Shown: positions 48,732 to 57,425 of the stretch, piece after piece
Numbering within the stretch: the stretch's first letter is position 1
How the letters are laid out: each line of letters opens with the position of its first letter
Assembly: GCA_963793455.1 (NCBI GenBank)
Contig: CAWCAK010000002.1
Span: 245,308-309,307 of the forward strand
Reading direction: 5' to 3'
DNA length: 64,000 nucleotides
Origin: an uncultured Bacteroidota bacterium
Lineage (GTDB): Bacteria; Bacteroidota; Bacteroidia; Bacteroidales; GCA-2748055
Program-made: the position numbers and the translations under genes
The notes under the pieces: generated by a model
Told to the model about the DNA's origin: nothing
Database searches by the model: none
The model's input: only the letters and a program-made list of their open reading frames with translations

Positions 48732-49790
48732 TTATGCAGGGTGGTCCCTGAAATAGTCCGCCGTCCTTTTAAAGGCCTCCTCTTCACTGTATTTGGGGGT
48801 GAATCCGAAATCCCTTTCCGCCTTCTCCGAGGAGAAGGTATAATCCGTGCAGGTATAGGTGACCGCAAAGCGGCTCATTTTGGGTGAATATTTTTTGACC
48901 GGTCTCCAAAGGAAGGCAATAAATTCTGAAATGGTCCCCAGGGAAAAGGCAAACCACCTGGGCAGCCAAAGGTTCCCGGGCCAGATGCGGAACCCTGCCC
49001 CTTTTACAATCCGGTCAAAGAATGTAAAGAAATTGGTGCCCTTACCATCTGTGATAAAATAGGATTGTCCAGCCACCCTACCGGAACCGTTCAGCAGCGC
49101 CTTTGCCGCCAGCAGGTGTGCATATGCCACGTTTCCCACATAGGCATGCTGGCACAGGGCCCTGCCATTGCCCAGGCGTACATAGAAACCGTTCCTGGCC
49201 ATCTGGATCAGCGATCCCATATGGTAAGGATCACCTTCACCGTAAATGTCTGCCGGCCTGAGGGAACAGGTTCGGAGTTTATCGCTGTTGGCGCTTAGTA
49301 CCTCTTTTTCAGCCTGGTATTTGCTTACACAGTAGGAGGTGGAGTGTTTCTCAGGGTAGGGGAGCTGCTCATCCACATCCACCAGCGGACTGCCGTCGTG
49401 CAGCACATCCAGTGAACTGGTAAACACCATGGCTTTCACACCGGCAGAGATGCAGGCATCGATGACATTCCTGGTCCCTTCCACGTTAACCGAGAGGACC
49501 TCCTCCTCGGGACGGGTACCCCAGTCCACAATGGCTGCCGAATGGATCACCAGGTCCTTTCCTTTACAACATTTCATGACAAGGTCTCTGTCCAGGATGT
49601 CGCCCTGGATGAAACTGATCCTTGGGTCAGTTGTTTCCTTAAGAGGCTCCTGGTCAAGTACAAGAACCTCCCTGATGGGGAGGGGTGAGGATCCATCCAG
49701 CATTTCTGTGAGCATGGTCCTGCCCAGGAATCCCGATCCGCCTGTAAGCAGGAGTTTGATATCTGTTTCTGAAGGAGTGGTAGTTTCCAT
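48732..49790 (-). CDS. NAD-dependent epimerase/dehydratase, 3-beta-hydroxysteroid dehydrogenase/isomerase-like
   Basis: TGGSGFLG Rossmann motif and YCVSK (YxxxK) catalytic motif; 352 aa. Confidence 0.8.
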   Translation of the reverse strand: METTTPSETDIKLLLTGGSGFLGRTMLTEMLDGSSPLPIREVLVLDQEPLKETTDPRISFIQGDILDRDLVMKCCKGKDLVIHSAAIVDWGTRPEEEVLSVNVEGTRNVIDACISAGVKAMVFTSSLDVLHDGSPLVDVDEQLPYPEKHSTSYCVSKYQAEKEVLSANSDKLRTCSLRPADIYGEGDPYHMGSLIQMARNGFYVRLGNGRALCQHAYVGNVAYAHLLAAKALLNGSGRVAGQSYFITDGKGTNFFTFFDRIVKGAGFRIWPGNLWLPRWFAFSLGTISEFIAFLWRPVKKYSPKMSRFAVTYTCTDYTFSSEKAERDFGFTPKYSEEEAFKRTADYFRDHPA

Positions 49791-49851
49791 TGGATATTGG
49801 TAAACAAATTCTAATTTTAAAGCTCCGAAATTTAGGAATTCCGGAGAGAAG

Positions 49852-50523
49852 GTGCTAAAAGATATCTACATTTTAACAGAAGTGGAGCGGGAGTGGTATG
49901 CCGATTTCCGCACCCGGATGCTTGAATCCGCTGAAGAGCTGGACAGGGATTGCCATCCCTATTCCCTGAAGATCACCCTGACCACCAGGAAACCTCCCGT
50001 TTTATCCATCATTCCGTTTAGCCGGAAAAAGGTCGCGGTGATCTCTGTTACGGGAGCAGGAGCAGCGTTGCGCGGGAAGGTCTCTGCCACAGAAGGATTC
50101 CTGGGGGGATACCAGGTGGAGGAGGCTGTTCCGGTTGCCTATGAGAAGAACTGGGATGACCGGGTACCCACCCCCGGGGTGTGCCTGCTGACTTTCTTTC
50201 ACAGGAAGCCGGGAATAGACCAGGATCAGTTTATCACCAGGTGGCATGAGGGGCATACTCCCCTCTCCCTGAGGCTGCATCCGTTGTGGAATTACAACCG
50301 GAACGTGGTCACCGGAACCCTGACGGATGATTCGCCCTGGTATGACGGGATCGTGGAGGAGCAGGTGAGGTCTGCCCGTGACCTGCTGAATCCATTCCGC
50401 TTTTTCGGTCCCCCTTTGAAACTCCCCCGCCACATGATGGAGGTCTGGAAAGACACCCGGTCGTTCATCCATATGAAGCGCATCGAGACTTACCTGGCCA
50501 CCGAATACCATATCAGGTCATGA
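49852..50523 (+). CDS. hypothetical protein, EthD-like C-terminal half
   Basis: GTG-start ORF. LLTFFHRKPGIDQDQFITRWHEGHTPL resembles EthD domain starts. The stop overlaps the next gene start. Confidence 0.45.
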   Translation: MLKDIYILTEVEREWYADFRTRMLESAEELDRDCHPYSLKITLTTRKPPVLSIIPFSRKKVAVISVTGAGAALRGKVSATEGFLGGYQVEEAVPVAYEKNWDDRVPTPGVCLLTFFHRKPGIDQDQFITRWHEGHTPLSLRLHPLWNYNRNVVTGTLTDDSPWYDGIVEEQVRSARDLLNPFRFFGPPLKLPRHMMEVWKDTRSFIHMKRIETYLATEYHIRS

Positions 50524-51713
50524 GAAAGCTCCTGTTCATATTCCTTCGGATGATGGGTGCCTGGCAGAAACTCTGGCGCAGGATCAGGGGTAAGACCCTG
50601 GAGGATCTCAGTGACCAGCGTATGGTTTCAGGAAGGGCCTGGGAAGAGTTTTGTGACGGGTTGAAAGCAGCCGGCAGCATCCTGCTGACGGAAGGGACAC
50701 CCAGGGATCCCATGCAGCAGGCAGAGGGTATCCGGTACCTGTCACGGCTGACCAGGGCCGGGCTGGAGGCTTACGTGGAGTACAATGATCCCATGTTCCC
50801 GGTGCTGCGCAGGATGGTACATGAAACCGTAAAGATGGGGGCGGACAACCCCGATAATCACTACATGAACGCCCAGATTTCGGGCCATCTGGAGTACAGG
50901 ATCCGGGGGAAAAGGAATACGGTTGACAATATCAGTTTCCACACCCAGAACGGGAACTACGGAACCACCGGGGGACTGGCCCCGTGTGGGAAGATCGATA
51001 ACCAGGAACTGGTGGTTGAGGAGGACGGATCCTTTGAGATCATCCTCAGCCGGGAGCCGGGGGGCAGGAACTGGCTGAAGGTGGAGGAGGAGACCTCCCT
51101 GGTGATGGTGCGGCAGACCTTTTCCGACCGGGAGAAGGAGGCACCGGCCGATGTGGAGATCACCTGCCTGTCGGCCGGGGAGAGACCAGGACCCCTGACC
51201 CCGGAAAGGCTGGATGAGGGTCTGAAGACAGCCTCCATGTTCGTGGGAGGGGCACCACTCCTTTTTACCAGGTGGGCAAAGGGATTCAAAAAGCATGTGA
51301 ACACCCTTCCACAGTTTGATCCGGGTACTTCAAATGCTGTAGGCGGGGATGAGACCATCATTTACTACCACAGCTACTGGAAACTGGAGGAGGATGAGGC
51401 CCTTGTGATCGAGGTGACCCCACCGGAGTGTGATGCCTGGAATTTCCAGCTAAACAACTACTGGATGGAATCACTGGATTACCGGTACCACCATATATGC
51501 ATCAACAAAGCTGGTGCATTGTATGAACCGGACGGAAAGGTGCGGATCGTTGTGTCCCACGCTGATCCGGGGGTGCCCAACTGGATTGAAACGGCGCACC
51601 ATCACGAGGGGACCATGTGCTGGAGGTGGTACCGCATCCATGAGGGATCGGTACCGGCGGAGCCACAATGCCGGGTAGTAAGAACAGGAATTGATGAATT
51701 GATGAATCTATGA
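50520..51713 (+). CDS. hypothetical protein, DUF1214-like
   Basis: 397-aa ORF. The GADNPDNHYMNA motif is recalled from DUF1214 proteins. Translationally coupled (ATGA) on both sides. Confidence 0.45.
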   Translation: MRKLLFIFLRMMGAWQKLWRRIRGKTLEDLSDQRMVSGRAWEEFCDGLKAAGSILLTEGTPRDPMQQAEGIRYLSRLTRAGLEAYVEYNDPMFPVLRRMVHETVKMGADNPDNHYMNAQISGHLEYRIRGKRNTVDNISFHTQNGNYGTTGGLAPCGKIDNQELVVEEDGSFEIILSREPGGRNWLKVEEETSLVMVRQTFSDREKEAPADVEITCLSAGERPGPLTPERLDEGLKTASMFVGGAPLLFTRWAKGFKKHVNTLPQFDPGTSNAVGGDETIIYYHSYWKLEEDEALVIEVTPPECDAWNFQLNNYWMESLDYRYHHICINKAGALYEPDGKVRIVVSHADPGVPNWIETAHHHEGTMCWRWYRIHEGSVPAEPQCRVVRTGIDELMNL

Positions 51714-51910
51714 AACAGGGAAAGGTCATATCTTCAACCGACTTCTAGAAACACCCGGGGTGGTTCAATACCCTGAATGCCGTCTGGAGGAAGGGGTATT
51801 CGAAAGGGTCTGCTCCTTTTCTGAACAAGGATGAACTGCTGTTTGCAGCAAAACGTGCAACCGGGCTGAATGATTTTGGTAAGGATTTCTGGGATGAACC
51901 CCTGGAGAGG

Positions 51911-52969
51911 ATGATCCTTTCGCTGAACCACGAAGCTATGCTACACCCCATCGGGGCGTTTGTCTCACGCAAACGGATTATCAACCTGCTGAGTGTCAGG
52001 TTAAGGGCCGAGTACTGGTTCAGAAAAAATCCGGAGATCCTGGAGCAGGAGCTCTACCCTCCGCTTGTGATCGTTGGGTTGCAGCGGACAGGGACCACCA
52101 AGCTCCACCGGCTACTGTCGGCGGATCCCGATAACCGGGTGCTGAAAAGCTGGGAGGCCATCAACCCGGCACCCATAAACAGGGAGCTGAACGGTAAGGA
52201 CAGGAGAAAGAAAGCGGCGAAAGCCAGCGAGACAGCCCTGAGGAAAATGGCCCCGGGATTCTTCGCCATACACCCGGTTGAATATACAGCCCCCGAAGAG
52301 GATATCCTGCTGCTGGATGTGACCTTCCTGAGTACCACTCCTGAAGCCATCACCCTGGTCCCTTCATATTCCAAATGGCTTGAGACCATCGACCAGTCCT
52401 ATGCCTATGATTATGGCAGCCGGCTCCTGAAATTCCTGCAGTGGCAGCAGCCCGGGAAAAGGTGGATCCTGAAATCCCCCCACCACCTGGAGTTCCTGCC
52501 CCTGATCGAAAAATATTACGGCGCTCCCCGTTTTTTGTGGACCCACCGGGACCCGGGTGAATGCATCCCATCCTTCCTCAGCATGGTCTGTCACAGCCGG
52601 GCCATTTTCAGTGATGCTGTACAGGTGGAGGAGGTGGCTGCCCACTGGGTAAGGAAAACCAGTTATATGCTGGAGCAGGGACTGGCTTACCGGAAGCAGG
52701 GCAATGGGGATAAGTTTACGGATATCCTGTATGAGCACCTGGTATCGGACTCCATGGGGGAACTGGAACGGGTATACAAAGAGGAGGGCGGGATTCCGGA
52801 TTACCTGGCTGAAGCATTCAGGAAGGCTGAGATTGAAAATCCCAAGGGAAAATACGGGGTGCATGAATATGGTCTTGAGGAGTTCGGCCTCACCCGGGAA
52901 GAGTTGACCGGAATGAATGAGGAGTATTGCCGTTTATTCGCTGAACTGACCAGGCAACAAAAAGTATGA
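51911..52969 (+). CDS. sulfotransferase family protein (conserved N-terminus extends upstream to 51710 but contains an in-frame TAG)
   Basis: 5'-PSB loop LVIVGLQRTGTTKLHRLL. The same frame is open upstream to TAG 51746-51748. Before that an ATG at 51710 forms an ATGA overlap with the previous gene. Confidence 0.8.
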   Translation: MILSLNHEAMLHPIGAFVSRKRIINLLSVRLRAEYWFRKNPEILEQELYPPLVIVGLQRTGTTKLHRLLSADPDNRVLKSWEAINPAPINRELNGKDRRKKAAKASETALRKMAPGFFAIHPVEYTAPEEDILLLDVTFLSTTPEAITLVPSYSKWLETIDQSYAYDYGSRLLKFLQWQQPGKRWILKSPHHLEFLPLIEKYYGAPRFLWTHRDPGECIPSFLSMVCHSRAIFSDAVQVEEVAAHWVRKTSYMLEQGLAYRKQGNGDKFTDILYEHLVSDSMGELERVYKEEGGIPDYLAEAFRKAEIENPKGKYGVHEYGLEEFGLTREELTGMNEEYCRLFAELTRQQKV

Positions 52970-53970
52970 TGGCAGGGAGTGATTCCAGGGAAGCAAGTTA
53001 TAAGAGCCCGGTAAAAGCTATGTTGACCGGGATCGGCGACCTTTTCCGCAAGCCGGCTGATCAGCTTGTACTGAAAGATTCGGATCGCCTGGACGGGAAA
53101 AAGGTCATGATCACCGGAGCCAGCTCCGGTCTTGGTTTTGCCACTGCGGTGGAACTTGCCAGGCGCGGGGCCCATGTGATCATGGCCGTCAGGAGCGGGA
53201 TCCCCGGGAAAGGGGAGGAGGTACAGAAACAAAGCGGATCGGACCTGGTGGAGATGATCCGGCTCGACCTGGCAGACCTGGACTCGCTCAGGGGCTTTGT
53301 GGATGAGGTGAAGGAGCGGTTTGGGAAGCTGGACCTGGTGATCTGCAATGCAGCCGTGGTAACCAACCACAGCAGGAAAGTGGCCCATGGACTGGATGAA
53401 ATGTTCACGGTCAACTATTTCGCCAAATTCCTGCTGGTAAACCTTTGCGTGGAGGCCGGGTGCCTGAATACCGGTGGTCCCCAGAAGCCCAGGATCGTTT
53501 TCGTGGCCTCCGAGAGCCACCGCAATGCAGAGAAGTTCGACTGGAAGGGATTCGGGAAATACACCCCATACGGGATCAAGGAATCGGTGGCCATGTACGG
53601 GTACAACAAGCTGCTGCTGCTGACCATGGCCAGTGAATTGTCCCGGAGGATTAATGGAGGGATCCAGGCCAAAGAGGGCATCCAGGCTTCTGTCTTTGCA
53701 CTCTGCCCCGGACCGGTGAACTCAAATATTGCCCGGGAGGCCCCCGGGGTATTCCAGCCCCTGCTCAGGTTGGTATTCTGGATCTTTTTCCGTTCTCCCC
53801 GAAAAGCCTGCCGCCCGGTTGTCTACCTGGCCGCCTCTCCAGAAATGGAGGGGAAGACCGGGGAGTATATGTTCCTGATGCAGCGCAAGGAGATGGATCC
53901 GAAAGCCACCGATCCGGAGAACGGGAAGCGGCTCTGGGAGCTGTCGGAGCAGCTCAGGGAACGTCATTAA
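52966..53970 (+). CDS. SDR family oxidoreductase
   Basis: MITGASSGLGFATAVELARRGAHVIMAVRS (TGxxxGxG); 334 aa. The start overlaps the sulfotransferase stop. Confidence 0.85.
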   Translation: MMAGSDSREASYKSPVKAMLTGIGDLFRKPADQLVLKDSDRLDGKKVMITGASSGLGFATAVELARRGAHVIMAVRSGIPGKGEEVQKQSGSDLVEMIRLDLADLDSLRGFVDEVKERFGKLDLVICNAAVVTNHSRKVAHGLDEMFTVNYFAKFLLVNLCVEAGCLNTGGPQKPRIVFVASESHRNAEKFDWKGFGKYTPYGIKESVAMYGYNKLLLLTMASELSRRINGGIQAKEGIQASVFALCPGPVNSNIAREAPGVFQPLLRLVFWIFFRSPRKACRPVVYLAASPEMEGKTGEYMFLMQRKEMDPKATDPENGKRLWELSEQLRERH

Positions 53971-54354
53971 TGGCCATTTCTCATTGTGAAAATGCGCTGA
54001 AGAAGGATCTCCTCCTCTTGGGTGGAATGTAGTTAATGCATCCCCATCGTGAAACGGACGGTGGCCATAAACATTTTCATCGTTCCATTCCCTGTTCAAT
54101 TCCTGGAAAAGGCTCCATCCTGTATCACCAAGCCAGTACCAGTCGGTACCATCTGCTTTTTGGACGCGCAATCCGTCATTTGATATTACAAGCTTCCAGT
54201 TGTCAGGAGTAACCGGTTTGTGGAAGGTGCTGCCCTGGAATTCAGTCACAGGATCCCGTGCGTTTCCTGTCAGAGAAAAAATAAGGCTCATTAAAAGCAG
54301 GATAGCCACAAAAAAAAGCGATTTTTTCAACAGAATTGTTGTTTCCATTTCCAT
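53722..54354 (-). CDS. signal-peptide ORF with DUF4038/GH140-like N-terminal fragment; the ORF then runs antisense into the SDR gene
   Basis: METTILLKKSLFFVAILLLMSLIFSLTGNA...DGTDWYWLGDTGWSLFQELNRE resembles the start of the DUF4038 catalytic domain (from memory). No stop codon occurs until 53722, well inside the opposite-strand SDR gene. Probably a truncated remnant. Confidence 0.35.
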   Translation of the reverse strand: MEMETTILLKKSLFFVAILLLMSLIFSLTGNARDPVTEFQGSTFHKPVTPDNWKLVISNDGLRVQKADGTDWYWLGDTGWSLFQELNREWNDENVYGHRPFHDGDALTTFHPRGGDPSSAHFHNEKWPLMTFPELLRQLPEPLPVLRIGGFRIHLLALHQEHILPGLPLHFWRGGQVDNRAAGFSGRTEKDPEYQPEQGLEYPGGLPGNI

Positions 54355-54630
54355 TTCCCTATTTATCTTGTAAAACGTTGGTTGATAAAGTGTTGAATTA
54401 ATCATGCGTGCTATTCACTGCTGTCAGTGGCATGCCATACAGCCCCCGGCTCATTTACCCTTTATTGTACCTTGTCAATATAAAATCTAGTTTTACTGTA
54501 TGGATCCACCTTATGAGTAGATCAACACACCATATTGCGTATATCCCTTTTTTGGCAAACATACAAAGAGAGAAAAATCGATCGTAATCAGGTGACAGGG
54601 CTCATTATTGAACTATAAAAAAACAAATTT

Positions 54631-55293
54631 ATGCCTAACGCTCAGAACATAAAACAATTATTAACCGGAATATTTGTCTGGAAAAAGCTTTGGCGTTGTG
54701 TGTTAGTTGCCATTATCCCCGCGCTTGTATTCTATGGCCTTTCCATTATTGTATTGCGATCCAGTGGATTTGAAATTATGGAAATACTCAGGGATACGGC
54801 TCAACAAACCGAAGTATCCAGTTTTCTTGGCTTTGTGTCAAACATTGGAATTTGGTTATGGGTTTGTTCGGCTGCCATCTGTTTTTTCGTTTTGACCCGT
54901 AACATTTCCGGAATGAAGCATTTCAAAGAGCTCATCTTCTTAACAGGGTTGCTTTCACTTTTGCTTGCTGTGGATGATTTTTTTCTGATTCATGATCGCT
55001 ACGTAAATCAGAATATCTGTTATCTGACGTATGCAATTTTCTTAGGAATCCTGTTTATTCGTCATTTTAAAAGGATCATTGCCATCGAAGGTTTTGCCTT
55101 TTTGTTGACAGGTATTTTACTGGCATCCTCCATATTGACAGACCTGGTTCAGGCAAAAATGCCGCTGGGCTATCAACATATGCAAATCATTGAAGAAGGA
55201 TTCAAGTTCCTTGGAGGAGCTACCTGGTTGTATTTTTGTGGTCGGGCAGCATCATCCTTTTTAACGCAATCAACGGAAAGATTGAGTGAATAG
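54631..55293 (+). CDS. hypothetical integral membrane protein
   Basis: 220 aa with about 6 hydrophobic segments and AT-rich composition. Confidence 0.6.
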   Translation: MPNAQNIKQLLTGIFVWKKLWRCVLVAIIPALVFYGLSIIVLRSSGFEIMEILRDTAQQTEVSSFLGFVSNIGIWLWVCSAAICFFVLTRNISGMKHFKELIFLTGLLSLLLAVDDFFLIHDRYVNQNICYLTYAIFLGILFIRHFKRIIAIEGFAFLLTGILLASSILTDLVQAKMPLGYQHMQIIEEGFKFLGGATWLYFCGRAASSFLTQSTERLSE

Positions 55294-55731
55294 GTGCACC
55301 ACTCCTTCATCCCAGGTTTCCTGCAGATGAAATCCCGGATTCGTTTCGCTCACATAGTCAGAAGCCTTAAGTCACATCATCAATCACCAGGAGAACCGTC
55401 TATAGGATTCCGCATGGTCAAACAATCCACATCTGAGGGTCAGCCGCAGTCCAGAACACTGAAAGATCTGGTGAATACCCCTTTTAAGAAGGCCATGTTC
55501 ATCGTCCAGATGATCAGCTATGTTTTAATACCCGGTTCTCCACTGATAGGTGGAGCCGTAGGAGGAATACTGGGATTTAGTGCAGCTAAGATTGGTGGGC
55601 TCATCCTGGGTGTTTTTATTGCAGGAGAGGTACTCTTTTACGGGTCCCTCATATTCCTGGGTAAAGAGGTAGTACTGCTTATCAGGGATAAGGTGAAATG
55701 GTGGTTCATGAAGCGACGCCTGAAGAAATGA
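55294..55731 (+). CDS. hypothetical small membrane protein (start uncertain)
   Basis: The C-terminal 70 aa contain two Gly-rich TM segments (LIPGSPLIGGAVGGILGF..., GLILGVFIAGEVLFYGSLIFL). The upstream part may be non-coding. Confidence 0.4.
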   Translation: MHHSFIPGFLQMKSRIRFAHIVRSLKSHHQSPGEPSIGFRMVKQSTSEGQPQSRTLKDLVNTPFKKAMFIVQMISYVLIPGSPLIGGAVGGILGFSAAKIGGLILGVFIAGEVLFYGSLIFLGKEVVLLIRDKVKWWFMKRRLKK

Positions 55732-55942
55732 ATTCATCAGCATTCGTCAGATGAATATGAAGAAATACGATCAGGAAATTCTGAACCTTATTGAAGTTAT
55801 CAATAGCTGTCTGACTGAAAACTGGGCTTACCCGCCTGCAACTGAAACCGAAGGGATGGCTATGGCCCGGGATATGAAATAAATCATGCAGCCAAAGGGT
55901 GTACTTTTTGCAGAAGACAAAACAGGACGGTATATGGATGTT

Positions 55943-57394
55943 TTACAATCCTTGTATTAAGAATATTTCATGCCTGTCGAAATCCCTCCAATATTTAATC
56001 GCCAGTTTTTCGATGTAGAGCCAGTAAGCATCAGAGAGCATACCATATTCCTGAACTCCATACCTGATATCATTGCCCATTTGTTCTGCAATTTCAGGCT
56101 TTAATGAAATGTTTACTTTTCGATTGTTGAATTTAAATATGGCAGAAGGAATAATGGAAACACTATCTGACACGGTTATCAATCCCTGCCCGATGGTGGC
56201 TCCAGAACTGATTTGAACTCCATCATTAAAACAACTTAACGGAGGTTGTTTCCCGGCAAAAGTGGTAACAATCAGATTATTGATCCCGACATTAAAAAAC
56301 TCCATTGCCCTGATTCCCATTTTTGCACCTATGATAGAATAGATCCCGGTATGGCCATGTATCTCATTGGTCATAGAAATGGCTTTCCATTCTATCAATC
56401 CGAAGTTTTCAATGGTTGAATTCAACATTTTTGCATATGCGGGTTTGTAAAGGCTCGAATCGACCGGGAAACCTGTAAATACGCGGTTATTTGTAGCTGT
56501 TGCTGATTCTAACAGCTGGGTGATTATTTCATAAACATACGTATCGGGTATGCTTTTATTCATTGATATATATTTTATTTTCTCTTTTGTTTCAGTTTGA
56601 AACAGAATGGGAACAGTAAGATAAATGGGGATCAAATCATCCCATAATTGTAAATGTTTCTGGTTTATTCTTTCCACGATAGCTGACTGGGTATGAACAA
56701 GCCTGATTTGACCGGCGTAAATAGATTGGGCATCTTTAATGCTTTCCAAATAATTCTCATTCACAAGTAATCTATCGGATTGGCTGGAAACAACCTCCAG
56801 CTGAATCCCCGCTTGTATGATATACCCGTAGCTCTCTTTTGAAACAATATAATTAAAACCCTCTTCAATACTGTGATTATTATACCAGATGATCCTTTCA
56901 ATCTTCTCAGAAATACGAGGATTTTCCATTATCCAATCGGCATAGGTTTTTAGCGAGCCCAAAGCGACCAAGGTTAATTTATCGCGATAATTTTCAATGG
57001 TTCTGTCAAGCAGATTTGTTGCATTTTCAGTAAGATATGAATCCTTATCATTTACGAAATTTCCCCAGGTGATATTTTGAGCAAAGGTTGACCAATGAGG
57101 GAGTTCAATAGGCAGCTTTTCGCTAGTACCAACCGGAATACCCTCATGATGAAACGCCGAAAGCAATGATTTTACTTTCACATATACCGAATCGGGTAAA
57201 AGCGTGCCCTGCGAGCAGGTAATCGCCAAAACCCGGATATCGTTCTGGGAAAGAAACATGCTTATTGAGCGCATGTCATCCAGTGCCCCATCCGTATCAA
57301 TAACAACATGAAATTTTGGCTTTCCGGAATGAGCCGATAACTGACCGATAAGTATTCCGGTCAATAGGATGGTTCCAACCATTTTTCTTATCAT
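55943..57394 (-). CDS. exported fusion protein: inosine/uridine-preferring nucleoside hydrolase-like domain plus FmdE/FwdE-family domain
   Basis: Signal peptide. N-terminal VVIDTDGALDD motif (DxDxxxDD of IU_nuc_hydro). C-terminal HGHTGIYSIIGAKMGIRAMEFF is typical of the FmdE family (from memory). Confidence 0.7.
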   Translation of the reverse strand: MIRKMVGTILLTGILIGQLSAHSGKPKFHVVIDTDGALDDMRSISMFLSQNDIRVLAITCSQGTLLPDSVYVKVKSLLSAFHHEGIPVGTSEKLPIELPHWSTFAQNITWGNFVNDKDSYLTENATNLLDRTIENYRDKLTLVALGSLKTYADWIMENPRISEKIERIIWYNNHSIEEGFNYIVSKESYGYIIQAGIQLEVVSSQSDRLLVNENYLESIKDAQSIYAGQIRLVHTQSAIVERINQKHLQLWDDLIPIYLTVPILFQTETKEKIKYISMNKSIPDTYVYEIITQLLESATATNNRVFTGFPVDSSLYKPAYAKMLNSTIENFGLIEWKAISMTNEIHGHTGIYSIIGAKMGIRAMEFFNVGINNLIVTTFAGKQPPLSCFNDGVQISSGATIGQGLITVSDSVSIIPSAIFKFNNRKVNISLKPEIAEQMGNDIRYGVQEYGMLSDAYWLYIEKLAIKYWRDFDRHEIFLIQGL

Positions 57395-57425
57395 ATGCCC
57401 TGATTTTCGTGTAATGGATGAACTG

